A stretch of DNA of 64,000 nucleotides from Deltaproteobacteria bacterium (lineage in GTDB: Bacteria; Desulfobacterota; GWC2-55-46; JAJCZF01): positions 78,883 through 142,882 of the forward strand of contig JAJCZF010000074.1 in NCBI GenBank assembly GCA_029262535.1, given 5' to 3'. Positions within the stretch are counted from its first letter, which is position 1. Each line of letters starts with the position of its first letter. Under the pieces are notes generated by a model, which had not been told where the DNA came from, searched no databases, and saw only the letters and a program-made list of their open reading frames with translations. Positions 9,140-19,441 of this stretch are shown in pieces. Made by a program: the position numbers and the translations under genes.

Positions 9140-11335
9140 TTATTTATCTATACGTTTTGTCAGCGAACACTTGCTACCTGTAAGCTCAGGCTCTATAAAG
9201 AGATCGGCTATATAACTGGCCCCGCCGTAACCAATAAAGTGAGAGCCGATGAGTTCCTTTCCGTCGGCCTGCCAGTTGCTGTAAGGGCCGCTGCCTATTA
9301 CGGTACGGTCAAGCAGCTCTCCGTTAAAATAGAAGCAGAGTTGATCGCCGGACCTTGAGACTATCATCTCGGCCCAGCCGTCGTTTCTTCTTGCGAAGAA
9401 GTTCATCTTTTCAAGCAGATAGGGGTGTCTTAGTTTATATAGCTCTATCTTCCCGGTCGCTTCGTTTTTAAGCTCTACCTTTATCTGGCCGCCGATGGTG
9501 AGCAAAACCCTCGGGAAGTTATCCTTCGAGCCGACTATCTCCACATCCTTCCACGGAGGGGCAACCTTAAAGGGCCTGTAGATCCAGGATACGGTAAAAT
9601 CTTTTAAAAGGGGCGAGGCCGCGCCCTTGGCATAGGCCGGGTTCTTTATGATTCGATTATCTTTTGTATATATATGGGTCGCCCTTGTTGGAAACTTGGT
9701 AAGGCGATCGCCAAGCATAAGGTCGAGCGCGATATCCGCTCCGAGATAAAAGCGGCCCCCGTTAAAGGGGTTATAGTCCATCTTTACCTTTGCCGACGGG
9801 TTCTCTTTGGTAAAACTTCTTATGGCGTAGTATGGATCGTCGAGAAAGGCCATATGTTTATCGACCGAGTTATTTGCGATGAGCACATTGTGCGCGTTCC
9901 AGAAAAATACTGCCCCGAGGGCTGCGAGCATTACGGGCCTTAGGGTTTCCCGGTTAAAGCTCTTCCATAGCAAGGCCCCGGCCGCGACGGTCAGGGCGGC
10001 ATTTGGAAAGTAGAGATAACGCGGCTGGCTAATCAGGTATTCAAGGGTATTGGAGTAGACCCTGCCAAGAGAGATGATAGAGAGGTAGGATAGGCCGAGC
10101 CCGACGATAATGAGTACGATAAGGCGCCAACCCTTAACAGGCCTTATAAGTACGACCAGGAAGGATGCAACGATCAGCTTTAAGATATTTTGAAGCTCGG
10201 AAAAGACCCCTTCCGGCGGGGACATATAGACTATATGTACTATCTTGGTCTGCGCCGCTATGCCGATATTTTTTAATAGTAGGGAGCCGTAGATATTTAC
10301 CCACATGCCCTTTATCGTGCGCCCTATATTTTCAGCGCTCAGGAGGTCGCCGGTGGCCATCTTGTGGGTATCTTTTACCAGAGAGTAACCGTAGAGGGTA
10401 ACGAGTATGTAAAGAAGATAAACGGTCACCACACAGATGGCGGCCTTTACGATAAGCCCTTTTTGAAGATTGTTTCCTTCAAGGCGCAAGGCCAGAAAGG
10501 TGATGCAAAAGAGAGCTACCGGGGCGACTATCGCCGGTTCATACAAGAGTATCGATGCCAGTGAAAAAAGGCCTGAGAAGGCCATATAAGAACTCTTTCC
10601 CGTATCGGCAAAGCGGATAGCGAGTAAGACGGCCGCCAGAAGCAGTATCGCACCGCTCATGATATAGATATGGTAGGTCCAGACGACGGTATCAAACTGG
10701 CTCGGCAGCCCGATAAAGATAAGGCCGAAGATAAAGGCGAAGGCGTAATTTCGAATAACCCTTGCCAGCAGGGCGAAGACCATTAACCCCGTGAGCGCAT
10801 GTACCGCGATATTTAAAAGGTGATAGAGGATGATATTATCGGCAAGCAAGAGATGTCGAAAATACATCATCAGATGCGCCAGCGGTTGAAAGCGCATATC
10901 GCCAAAAAGTTCGAATAAGGAGAGCCGTTTTAGATCTTCAAGCGAAAAGCCTTCGACGCCCTGGAAGAGTTTTAATATATACCAGTAATCGCTTCTGAAT
11001 ATATTGGTGATTGTAGGATGAAAGAGCGCTATCGATACGGCCAGGTAGGTCAGGTAGACGAGCGCCGTATCGCCTTTGAATCGGGTTTTAGCGCTGGAAA
11101 GCCGCCCAAAGACCACGGCTGAAAGAAGCGTAACAGACAAAAGCACGGCCCATTGGTATGGAGGGATGGAGTGTGACTCGACAAGAGAGCAATAGAGCAC
11201 GATCAGGGCGATTAAACACGGGCCGATAAGAGTGCCCTTATTATCTTTTAATGCACCAAAGTCCAAAAATTCGTAGCCCCCGTTCTGTTCTTCCGTGTGA
11301 CAGGCCTTGTCTTGCAAGTTGCGACCCTTTCTCAC
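9140..11335 (-). CDS. Large polytopic membrane protein (about 12 TM) with a roughly 280-aa C-terminal extracytoplasmic beta-rich domain; function unknown (possibly GT-C-like or YfhO-like)
   Basis: 731-aa ORF. Residues 40-450 are hydrophobic and the C-terminal domain is soluble. No catalytic motif was recognised. Confidence 0.5.
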   Translation of the reverse strand: MRKGRNLQDKACHTEEQNGGYEFLDFGALKDNKGTLIGPCLIALIVLYCSLVESHSIPPYQWAVLLSVTLLSAVVFGRLSSAKTRFKGDTALVYLTYLAVSIALFHPTITNIFRSDYWYILKLFQGVEGFSLEDLKRLSLFELFGDMRFQPLAHLMMYFRHLLLADNIILYHLLNIAVHALTGLMVFALLARVIRNYAFAFIFGLIFIGLPSQFDTVVWTYHIYIMSGAILLLAAVLLAIRFADTGKSSYMAFSGLFSLASILLYEPAIVAPVALFCITFLALRLEGNNLQKGLIVKAAICVVTVYLLYILVTLYGYSLVKDTHKMATGDLLSAENIGRTIKGMWVNIYGSLLLKNIGIAAQTKIVHIVYMSPPEGVFSELQNILKLIVASFLVVLIRPVKGWRLIVLIIVGLGLSYLSIISLGRVYSNTLEYLISQPRYLYFPNAALTVAAGALLWKSFNRETLRPVMLAALGAVFFWNAHNVLIANNSVDKHMAFLDDPYYAIRSFTKENPSAKVKMDYNPFNGGRFYLGADIALDLMLGDRLTKFPTRATHIYTKDNRIIKNPAYAKGAASPLLKDFTVSWIYRPFKVAPPWKDVEIVGSKDNFPRVLLTIGGQIKVELKNEATGKIELYKLRHPYLLEKMNFFARRNDGWAEMIVSRSGDQLCFYFNGELLDRTVIGSGPYSNWQADGKELIGSHFIGYGGASYIADLFIEPELTGSKCSLTKRIDK

Positions 11336-11482
11336 GGAGCTGTATTATATAATACACATACGGGCATCTTTCTTCTATCATAACTTTTTCGCCCTTCTTA
11401 TGCCCCTTGTACCGAGCCTATCTTTTCAATCGCGTCATATCTGAAATAATATACCTTTTCGGTATCGACAGGTTTTAGAGGA

Positions 11483-11800
11483 CTATTTAAAAGATACCTT
11501 CGGACCGCGCCGAGGTGGCCGAAGTAATAAAAATATTCGTGATTCCATACCCAGCTTGCTAAAGCCGAAGAACTTCTCCACGCCGAAAATATAGGCGGGG
11601 GTAATGGAAAGACCTATAAGGCCCGCGACGGCAAGCTTAAGCGTTCTTCGGGGGCTGAATGGAGCTAATGAAGTAAAGAAGATTCCGAGCTCAAGCAGCC
11701 CGACTGACCGGAGTAGAGGCAGGAGCGCCATATAACGAATGTAACTACCGGGCTTGATATTCGTTTGATTTTTTGTTCGAAATTTGCCTGCTAAAATCAA
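11483..11800 (-). CDS. Doubtful small membrane ORF. Its 5' part overlaps a copy of the R2 repeat family.
   Basis: The 105-aa ORF has two hydrophobic stretches. Its upstream third coincides with the repeat copy at about 11775-11865. Confidence 0.2.
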   Translation of the reverse strand: MILAGKFRTKNQTNIKPGSYIRYMALLPLLRSVGLLELGIFFTSLAPFSPRRTLKLAVAGLIGLSITPAYIFGVEKFFGFSKLGMESRIFLLLRPPRRGPKVSFK

Positions 11801-11865
11801 AACCTTGGAACAACTCCAACAATACTACTGTTTCAGTGCGATTTTATCATACTAGGGCGGGGTGA
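11775..11865. repeat. R2 repeat family, short copy (CCTGCTAAAATCAAAA ... TGTTTCAG.CGATTTTATCA)
   Basis: Shares core blocks with 38556..38695 and 41476..41620. Confidence 0.45.
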
Positions 11866-12126
11866 GGCACTTTAATTTATTTTACGGTCCATTCTGAGTT
11901 TTCCCTCAAGCAGGCCGACTAAAAGCCGATATATTAAGATGGAGCACGGGGCTAAATGTAACGAGAATAGCATTGCCGAGCCACCCTTTAGTCGCTTGAG
12001 AAAAGAATCTATTTGTCGTAAGATAGCGGATATGGAAGGTTGTTTGTTTCTTATTAATATATCGCGCGAGAAGATCTTTACCCAGTTCTCACAGTTCTCC
12101 CATGTTTCCCGGTTTCCCAAGGCGCT

Positions 12127-13392
12127 GTGAGTTTAAATTTGATTTCTGGACCGGAGTATATGTTGATAGATTTTAAGGAGCTTGATTCTTTTTCGGGTAA
12201 TTCCACCTCTCCTCTTCTCACCGAAGAGAGAGCCTGTCCTGTATGCGCCTCTACTAGCGCCAAGGCCTTATTCGCCCTTTCTAATTTCCAATTCTATAGC
12301 GACTGCGCGCAGCTACCGAAGCGAACCTATATAAAAGATTGCCAGTGCCTGCACTGTTACGCCATATACCTGAATCCTGCTTACTCTGATTACGGCCTTG
12401 AGGTACTTTTTAAAGAGGCCGGTATGAGTTACGGCTCCTCCGACGGCAGGGCCGATGAAGAGATCGGCTGGCTCTTTGAAAAGGGGCTTCTTAATAGCGG
12501 AACGACTGTAATGGATGTTGGTTGTTACGAGGGGGCCTTTCTTGCAAAGCTCCCGGACGGAGTCTTTGGCATAGGCATAGATATAGACGAGCCGGCCATT
12601 GAGCGTGGCAGGTCAAACTATGCCGGGCGTGATATAAGCTTTATTCACGGCGATTTTGAGAGCTTCGAGTGTGAAGAGAGACCGGGTGTGATCACCATGT
12701 TTCATGTGCTCGAACATCTCTCTCGTCCTGTGGAGGTGCTTAAGAAACTTCGCTCTCTGGCCGATAATAGAACCAGACTTCTTGTAGAGGTGCCGATACT
12801 TGAACTTGGCGCGACAAACGACATTAACGGCTTTTTTTCCGTGCAGCATATGACGCATTTTAGCAGGCAAAGCCTTGCAAATACCCTCGCGCGCGCCGGG
12901 TGGAAGATTATTGATAGATTCGAAGCGCCCGATTATAACGGTTGTAGAGTGCTTGCCGCGCCTGCGAGTGTAGAGGAAGATGTAAGTGGCGATCCGAACG
13001 ATCTTTTTTTGGTTTATAGCTATTTTTCAAAATGGTATGAGGAGCTCGGCAAGGTTGAAGAGCGCTTAATGCGTTATAAAGAGCTGGGGGAAAAGTTTAT
13101 TATTAGAGGCGGCGGGGCCCATACAGAGTTTCTCTACCATATGACCTCTATTCTTCATTCGCGTAAGAGGAGTTATGCCATTGTAGATAACGACCCTATG
13201 AAGAGCGGAACAACGTGGCGCGGTATTACTATTTACAACTCCGAGGCGCTTTCTGACGTGGATTGGTCAGATACCTATATGATAATATCCTCTTATGGTT
13301 CGCAGGAGAAGATCTATGAGCAGGCAGTGTCTGACCACGCTGTGCCAAAGGATAGAATAATCAGACTTTACGATAGCTTGAGGGTTTATTAG
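12127..13392 (+). CDS. Sugar C-methyltransferase-like protein with TylCIII-type architecture (N-terminal zinc ribbon, class I SAM methyltransferase, C-methyltransferase C-terminal domain)
   Basis: CPVC...CLHC zinc ribbon. SAM motif I VMDVGCYEGAF. C-terminal Rossmann-like block IIRGGGAHTEF...AIVDNDPMKSGTTWRGITIYN, matching the Methyltransf_14 pattern (DxNPxKxG). Confidence 0.55.
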   Translation: MSLNLISGPEYMLIDFKELDSFSGNSTSPLLTEERACPVCASTSAKALFALSNFQFYSDCAQLPKRTYIKDCQCLHCYAIYLNPAYSDYGLEVLFKEAGMSYGSSDGRADEEIGWLFEKGLLNSGTTVMDVGCYEGAFLAKLPDGVFGIGIDIDEPAIERGRSNYAGRDISFIHGDFESFECEERPGVITMFHVLEHLSRPVEVLKKLRSLADNRTRLLVEVPILELGATNDINGFFSVQHMTHFSRQSLANTLARAGWKIIDRFEAPDYNGCRVLAAPASVEEDVSGDPNDLFLVYSYFSKWYEELGKVEERLMRYKELGEKFIIRGGGAHTEFLYHMTSILHSRKRSYAIVDNDPMKSGTTWRGITIYNSEALSDVDWSDTYMIISSYGSQEKIYEQAVSDHAVPKDRIIRLYDSLRVY

Positions 13393-13393
13393 A

Positions 13394-14527
13394 GTGACGA
13401 TAAAGAATATTATTTGCGATACCGTAAAAGAGGCCCTGACCTTAGAGGACCTTCTTTTACGAGAAGAGCGCTTCATTATCTTCGGCGCAGGCGGGGCGGG
13501 GCGCGACGCGCGCGCCTATCTTGAGAGAAAAGGCAAAGAGGTACTCTATCTCTCGGATAATGACGAGGCCAAACACGGCACCGTCGTTGACGGTCTTAAG
13601 GTTTTAGGTCCGAAAGAAATCTCTTCTCACGGACTGCATGTAATCATAGCGAGTTACTGGGCAAGAGAGATCGCGCTCCAGCTTAGAGAGCTCGGTATAA
13701 CCGGCTATTCCGACTTAAGCTCCGTCTCAAACGAATCGCTACCAATCGAGAGATGGGCAGGCCATTTTGACGCTGCTTTTATAGAAGAGAATCTGGAAGT
13801 TATAGAAGAGACTTATAATTGGCTTGCCGACGAGAGTTCTAAAGAGACCTTTCTTTCCTTGCTATCTTACCGCCTGACACTCGATCCGGCCCGCCTGTCG
13901 GTTGCGCCTTTTGGCGAGTATCTTCACCCCTTGGTTCGTGCCGAGGCGGGTGAGGTTATTATAGACGGCGGCGCATGGACCGGCGACACGGCCCTTGAGA
14001 CGGCCGTCGCGCTTAAGGGGAAGTGCCGCATATTCTCATTCGAGCCGGAAGATGGTAATTACGAGAGACTTCAAGCGAATATAAATGAGAGTTCTTTTGC
14101 TGATATCGTCACTCCCATAAAACGCGGCCTTTGGCATTCTGAAGAGACCTTATACCTTGGTTCCAATGCCGACAATAGTAAGCAGTTTAGCGTGGATAGT
14201 TCTGTAAATCCTTCCTGTGACGAGGGCTTGCGCATAGAGGTTACATCTATTGATAGTTTTTCCGCGGAGCGTTCTATCGAACCGACGCTTATAAAGATGG
14301 ATATCGAGGGCTCCGAGTGCGAAGCGCTTAACGGAGCGCGAGAGGTCATAAGGCGCAACAGGCCGAAACTTCAGATATCGATATACCATAAGCCGGGCGA
14401 CCTCTGGTTAATCCCGGCTCTTATAAGAGAGATATTGCCCGGTTATAGATTTTATCTATCGCATCATAGCCAGAACCTATTCGAGTCTACCCTTTACGCC
14501 CTGCCGGAAAGGCTGGAGAAGAAGTAA
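13394..14527 (+). CDS. FkbM-family methyltransferase with N-terminal Rossmann-like (C-methyltransferase C-terminal-like) domain
   Basis: N-terminus IIFGAGGAGRDARAYL...YLSDNDEAKHGTVVDGLKVLG. C-terminal block IKMDIEGSECEALNGAREVI is typical of Methyltransf_21/FkbM. Starts 2 bp after the previous stop. Confidence 0.6.
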   Translation: MTIKNIICDTVKEALTLEDLLLREERFIIFGAGGAGRDARAYLERKGKEVLYLSDNDEAKHGTVVDGLKVLGPKEISSHGLHVIIASYWAREIALQLRELGITGYSDLSSVSNESLPIERWAGHFDAAFIEENLEVIEETYNWLADESSKETFLSLLSYRLTLDPARLSVAPFGEYLHPLVRAEAGEVIIDGGAWTGDTALETAVALKGKCRIFSFEPEDGNYERLQANINESSFADIVTPIKRGLWHSEETLYLGSNADNSKQFSVDSSVNPSCDEGLRIEVTSIDSFSAERSIEPTLIKMDIEGSECEALNGAREVIRRNRPKLQISIYHKPGDLWLIPALIREILPGYRFYLSHHSQNLFESTLYALPERLEKK

Positions 14528-14528
14528 T

Positions 14529-15374
14529 ATGGACGATAAACTTTTTACGGAACTTAAAGGCCACGCCGCGACACTCAGGGCGCATATAATACGCATGAAC
14601 TGCTTTGCCGGCTCGGGCCATCCGGGCGGGGCCTTATCCGCGGTCGAGCTTATGGCCTACCTCTTTAATGTCGAGATTAACTTCTCCCCTGAAAATGCGC
14701 TCTCGCCGGATAGAGACCGCTTTGTTCTCTCCAAGGGCCATGCCTGTATGGTGCTCTATGCGGCCCTTGCGGAGAAGGGTTTTTTCTCCACCGAAGAGTT
14801 TCGCGGTTTGAGGCATATAAATTCCATGCTTCAGGGCCATCCCGACAGGCTAAAGACTCCGGGGGTTGAATTTAATTCCGGCTCCCTGTCGCAAGGTTTC
14901 TCTTTTGCCGTAGGTTGCGCTCTCGGCGCGAAACTTACTGGCAGGGATTATCGTGTATATAGCCTGCTCGGTGACGGAGAGATGAACGAGGGGCAGGTAT
15001 GGGAGGCGCTCATGTTCGGGGCCCACAGGAAGCTCGATAATATAGTCGCCATTATCGATTATAATAAGCTACAGAGCGACGATAGCTGTGAAAATATCAC
15101 ATCTCTTGAGCCGCTTTCGGATAAACTCGTCGCGTTCGGCTGGCATGTGATAGATATAAACGGCCACGACCTTAATGAGATAGAATCGGCCTTTGCGGAG
15201 GCGCGCGGGACAAAGCACAAACCCACTGTGATAATCGCCAATACCGTCAAGGGTAAGGGAGTATCCTTTATGGAAGGCAACCCGAAGTGGCACGGCAGCC
15301 TCGCTCCCGCTGGTGAAGAGAGGCGTATAGCCTTTAGCGAGTGCGGGCTAGTCGAAGAAGGTGAGGGAGACTAA
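14529..15374 (+). CDS. Transketolase, N-terminal (TPP-binding) subunit of a split transketolase
   Basis: Motifs GHPGGALS, LSKGHAC and GDGEMNEGQVWEA. 281 aa. Confidence 0.85.
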   Translation: MDDKLFTELKGHAATLRAHIIRMNCFAGSGHPGGALSAVELMAYLFNVEINFSPENALSPDRDRFVLSKGHACMVLYAALAEKGFFSTEEFRGLRHINSMLQGHPDRLKTPGVEFNSGSLSQGFSFAVGCALGAKLTGRDYRVYSLLGDGEMNEGQVWEALMFGAHRKLDNIVAIIDYNKLQSDDSCENITSLEPLSDKLVAFGWHVIDINGHDLNEIESAFAEARGTKHKPTVIIANTVKGKGVSFMEGNPKWHGSLAPAGEERRIAFSECGLVEEGEGD

Positions 15375-16309
15375 TGGCCAATATGAGAGCCGCATTCGGA
15401 GAGGCCCTGGTCGAACTCGGCAAGAAGCGCGACGACTTTGTCGTATTGGACGCCGATGTCGCCGGGGGCACCGGGACCGCCCCGTTTAGAGAGGCCTTTC
15501 CGGATAGATTTATCCAGTGCGCCATAGCAGAGCAGAATATGGTCAGCATGGCAGCCGGACTTTCGACTGCGGGAGTCATACCGATTGTCACCTGTTACGG
15601 GGTCTTTGCCTCAATGCGCGCTATAGAGCAGGCGCGAAACTCGGTGGCATACCCGAACTTTAACGTAAAGATAATCGCCAGCCACCTTGGCGTGGATGTC
15701 GGCCCCGACGGACCCACCCACCAGGCCCTTGAAGATCTAGCCATATATCGCTCCATACCCAACTTTAAGGTCGTAAGCCCGGCGGATCCGTTTGAGCTCA
15801 GGGCGGCTCTCCCGGTTATCCTTGATACGCCGGGGCCCCTCTATATGCGTACCGGCAGGAGCGATCTGCCTGCGATATTCGATAAAGATATAAACTTTAC
15901 ATTAGGCAAGGCATCTATAGTAAGAGAGGGAACGGATGTAACGATCATAGCCGTTGGGGTGATGGTCGCGCGAGCCCTTAAGGCCGCCGAGGGACTTGAG
16001 GGCGAGGGGGTCTCGTGCCGTGTCGTTAATATGAGCACTATTAAACCGATTGATAGAGATATTATAGAAGAGTCCGCAAGGCGAACCGGGGCCATAGTCA
16101 CTGCCGAAGACCATAATATAATCGGCGGACTTGGCGGAGCCGTGGCCGAGGTTATATGCGACAGCGTGCCGGTGCCGGTAGTGCGCGTAGGTATTAAAGA
16201 TAGCTTTGCCGAGTCCGGAGATCCCGCCGAGTTAGCCGCTAAATACGGTGTGGACGCGAGCGCGGTAAGAGAGGCCGTCTTACGGGTACTTCGGCGGGCC
16301 GGTCGTTAG
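15374..16309 (+). CDS. Transketolase, C-terminal (pyrimidine-binding/C-terminal) subunit
   Basis: FGEALVELGKK...VLDADV...QCAIAEQNMVSMAAGLS. The start codon overlaps the stop of the N-terminal subunit (ATGA-type coupling). Confidence 0.85.
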   Translation: MANMRAAFGEALVELGKKRDDFVVLDADVAGGTGTAPFREAFPDRFIQCAIAEQNMVSMAAGLSTAGVIPIVTCYGVFASMRAIEQARNSVAYPNFNVKIIASHLGVDVGPDGPTHQALEDLAIYRSIPNFKVVSPADPFELRAALPVILDTPGPLYMRTGRSDLPAIFDKDINFTLGKASIVREGTDVTIIAVGVMVARALKAAEGLEGEGVSCRVVNMSTIKPIDRDIIEESARRTGAIVTAEDHNIIGGLGGAVAEVICDSVPVPVVRVGIKDSFAESGDPAELAAKYGVDASAVREAVLRVLRRAGR

Positions 16310-16339
16310 TGAGTTTTATCTATAGAGGGAGTTAAGAGT

Positions 16340-17092
16340 ATGTCTGAATCAAGAGCATTGGTAGCGCTCGTTACCGGAGGCGGGCGCGGCATAGGCGCCG
16401 CTATCTCAAAGCGGCTCGCCGCCGACGGTATCCCGGTAGCGCTCTCATATAACGAAGACGCCTCCGCGGCGGAAGATACGAAGTCCTCTATAATAGCCGC
16501 CGGGGGCAGGGCCATGGCCCTTAAGCTTTCGGTTGAGGACCGTAGTTCCATAGAGGCGGCCTTAGCTGATATTGCAGACCGCTTCGGCCCTGTTTCGGTT
16601 CTTGTTAATAACGCGGCCATTGCCCAGGAAAAGCCCTTTGATACCATTACCGATGCGGACTGGGACCGTATGCTTGCCGTCAACCTGCGCGGTCCTTTTG
16701 CGCTTACTCAGGAGCTCTTGCCTGCCATGCTTGAGGCCAGTTTCGGCAGGGTCATTAATATTACTTCCATCGGCGGTCAGTGGGGCGGCTTTAATCAAGT
16801 CCACTACGCGGCCAGTAAAGCGGCGCTTATTAATCTCACTCGTTCTATCGCCAAGATTTACGGCAAAGACGGAATTAACTGTAATGCCGTCTCTCCTGGG
16901 CTCGTTGGAACGGAGATGAGCGCCGCCGAGCTTAGTTCAGAGGCGGGAAGAGAGAAGGTCCGTAATATCCCGGTCGGAAGGATCGCTACCGCAGGTGAAG
17001 TGGCTTCGGTGGTGAGTTTCCTGGCGTCTGAGGATTCGAGTTACGTAACCGGGCAGACTATCAATGTCAACGGGGGAATCTATTTTGACTGA
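16340..17092 (+). CDS. SDR-family oxidoreductase (FabG-like 3-oxoacyl reductase fold)
   Basis: TGGGRGIGAAI glycine motif, NNAAI and YAASKAAL (catalytic Y-x3-K). Confidence 0.8.
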   Translation: MSESRALVALVTGGGRGIGAAISKRLAADGIPVALSYNEDASAAEDTKSSIIAAGGRAMALKLSVEDRSSIEAALADIADRFGPVSVLVNNAAIAQEKPFDTITDADWDRMLAVNLRGPFALTQELLPAMLEASFGRVINITSIGGQWGGFNQVHYAASKAALINLTRSIAKIYGKDGINCNAVSPGLVGTEMSAAELSSEAGREKVRNIPVGRIATAGEVASVVSFLASEDSSYVTGQTINVNGGIYFD

Positions 17093-18308
17093 CGCGCTCG
17101 TTATAGTGGGCGCGGGAATTGAACAGATAAAGGCCTACGAGCTTGCATCGAAGATGGGTTTTTTTGTAATAGGCACAGATATTAATCCCGAGGCTCCTGC
17201 CTTTGACAATGCCGACGATAAGGTAATCGCCTCTACCAGAGACCCTGACGCCACGCTCTCGGCTCTTAAGAAATACTTCTCTCTCAACTCTTCTTTGAAC
17301 TTTTCCGGTATTATGACCATCGCAAACGACGTGCCGCTAACGGTTGCGACCGTTAGCAACGAGTTCGGCCTTCCGGGTATTTCGGTCGATTCCGCCCTTA
17401 TCGCATCCGATAAAGTCCTCATGAAAAATGTCTTTAAGTCCAATGGTGTAAAGATACCTCTCTTTAGAGAGATCGGGTCTTCGGAAGAGATAGCTATCGC
17501 CATGAATGAATGGTCCGGCCCCATCGTAATAAAACCGGTAGACGGGAGGGGGGCTCGCGGTGTGCTGCTCCTGACCGAAGATACGGACTTTGAGTGGGCC
17601 TACAGAGAGAGCATGAGTTTTTCTACGGTTAAAAGGGTTATGCTTGAGGCCTTTATCGACGGACCGCAGATTAGCACGGAGTCGTTTCTCATAGACGGCA
17701 GCTCCATTACCCCGGCATTTTCCGATAGAAACTATGAAGACTTTCTTTCTTACGCCCCTTATATTATTGAAGACGGCGGTACCTTGCCGGCGCTCTTAAG
17801 CGACGAAGAACGCCGCCTTATCAATAAACTTGTAGAAGATGGCTCAGCCGCCATGGGCATAACCGACGGCATTGTTAAGGGCGATATAGTAATGGGTGAA
17901 GATGGGCCGGTAATCATAGAGCTAGCCGCGAGGCTTAGCGGCGGCTACTTTGCAAGCGACCAGATCCCTCTCTCGACCGGCGTGGACCTTGTTAAAGAGT
18001 CGATCCGTTTTGCCACCGGCTCGAAGGTTGATATAAATGACCTGGCGGTTAAGCGGACGCGCGGCGTTGCGATAAGATATTTTTTTCCTCCCGAAGGGCT
18101 TGTGCGTGAGATTCATGGGGCCGAAGGGCTTGGTGATATGGCCGGGGTCGTAAAGAGTGAGATCTTTATAAAACCGGGTGATATTCAACAAAAGGTAAAG
18201 GCGCATCCGGAGAGGGCCGGTTTCGTAATCGCTGTGGCCGAGAGTAGAAGCGACGCCGTTAAGATGGTAGAGGCGGCAATAGATAGTGTTGAATTTATAA
18301 TTGATTGA
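17064..18308 (+). CDS. ATP-grasp domain protein (carboxylate-amine ligase-like)
   Basis: PIVIKPVDGRGARGVLL and the following central-domain pattern. The first ATG overlaps the upstream SDR gene by 29 nt. Confidence 0.6.
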   Translation: MSTGESILTDALVIVGAGIEQIKAYELASKMGFFVIGTDINPEAPAFDNADDKVIASTRDPDATLSALKKYFSLNSSLNFSGIMTIANDVPLTVATVSNEFGLPGISVDSALIASDKVLMKNVFKSNGVKIPLFREIGSSEEIAIAMNEWSGPIVIKPVDGRGARGVLLLTEDTDFEWAYRESMSFSTVKRVMLEAFIDGPQISTESFLIDGSSITPAFSDRNYEDFLSYAPYIIEDGGTLPALLSDEERRLINKLVEDGSAAMGITDGIVKGDIVMGEDGPVIIELAARLSGGYFASDQIPLSTGVDLVKESIRFATGSKVDINDLAVKRTRGVAIRYFFPPEGLVREIHGAEGLGDMAGVVKSEIFIKPGDIQQKVKAHPERAGFVIAVAESRSDAVKMVEAAIDSVEFIID

Positions 18309-19342
18309 TCTCTCATATCGGTTATCAAAAGAAAGAAGGTAGAGTGCATTCGATTGTATTTGATATAGGCGGCACTCATCTCAGGAGCGCCGTTTCCGAC
18401 GGAGAAGCGAAGCTTGACAAGGTGGAGAAGGAGCGGATACCCTCCTTTATCGAGGGGCTCTCTTCGGGCGAGGTTTGGCAGGGGCTGATAGAAAAACTTA
18501 CGACTTATGCGTTAAAGGTAGAGGACGAGGTAGAAAAAGGCGCGCCAATAGTTCTTTCATTTCCAGGTCCTGTCGAGCACCCGTCAAGAATATTGAGCGC
18601 TCCAACATTGGTTGGCAACGAGAGGTCGATGCCCGATCTCGCCGCGCTGATTACGCGGGCTACCGGGCGTCGAACATATATTATAAACGACCTTTCCGCC
18701 GCCGCATGGTACTTGCAAAGGAATATTTCAGACGACAGATTCATAGTCGTTACGGTCAGTAGCGGCATCGGCAGCAAGATATTCGACAGGACCCGTCTCT
18801 CAGGCGTTCTCGATAACCTGCCCTTTGCCGGAGAGATCGGCCACATAACGATGGAGAGTGCAGATGGCGACGTCCGGTGCGATTGCGGCGGCATGAATCA
18901 CATCGGCGCTATCTCATCGGGGCGCGGAGTAGAGCGCCTTGCAAGGAGCATGGCCATTAGCCATCCGGAATGTTTTCGGGCCTCCGTTATTGCAAGGCAG
19001 TTCAAGGCCGCAGCCGAAGAGCTTACGAACGAAGCCCACATAGTGCCTGCGGCGCGGCTCGGAGACCCGTGGGCGCTGGACATTATTGCACGCGCTACCG
19101 CTCCGCTTGCCCGAGCGCTCCTGGCCGTAACTGTCGCTTCCGGCCTTGAGAGGGTCGTTGTGATCGGCGGCTTCGCCCTCTCGCTTGGAGACATATACTT
19201 AAAAGCGCTCAAAAATGAAATGCTAAAAATAAGTGATTATGATATGATATCCGACAGGATAGAGGGTCTCCTTGTCATGGGAAAGGCCGGCGAGGAGGCC
19301 TGTCTTGAGGGCGCGGCTCTCTATGCGCTCTCCATTAGATAG
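18305..19342 (+). CDS. ROK/BadF-type sugar kinase family protein
   Basis: N-terminal VFDIGGTHLRSAV (ATPase fold) and a Cys/His cluster CDCGGMNHIGA. Overlaps the upstream stop by 4 nt. Confidence 0.55.
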   Translation: MISHIGYQKKEGRVHSIVFDIGGTHLRSAVSDGEAKLDKVEKERIPSFIEGLSSGEVWQGLIEKLTTYALKVEDEVEKGAPIVLSFPGPVEHPSRILSAPTLVGNERSMPDLAALITRATGRRTYIINDLSAAAWYLQRNISDDRFIVVTVSSGIGSKIFDRTRLSGVLDNLPFAGEIGHITMESADGDVRCDCGGMNHIGAISSGRGVERLARSMAISHPECFRASVIARQFKAAAEELTNEAHIVPAARLGDPWALDIIARATAPLARALLAVTVASGLERVVVIGGFALSLGDIYLKALKNEMLKISDYDMISDRIEGLLVMGKAGEEACLEGAALYALSIR

Positions 19343-19441
19343 CCTGCCAGGTAATCTGCCAGATAATCAGATAGATAGTCTGGCAGGGGCAGCCCGAAGT
19401 TCCCTCACAAAATAACCTACACCTCGTAATTACTCTGAAAA

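Noticed and set aside
11872-12263. Three small overlapping ORFs (61-82 aa) upstream of the methyltransferase gene
   Set aside because: They are mutually overlapping on both strands in a promoter-like AT-richer spacer, with no RBS or conservation signal.
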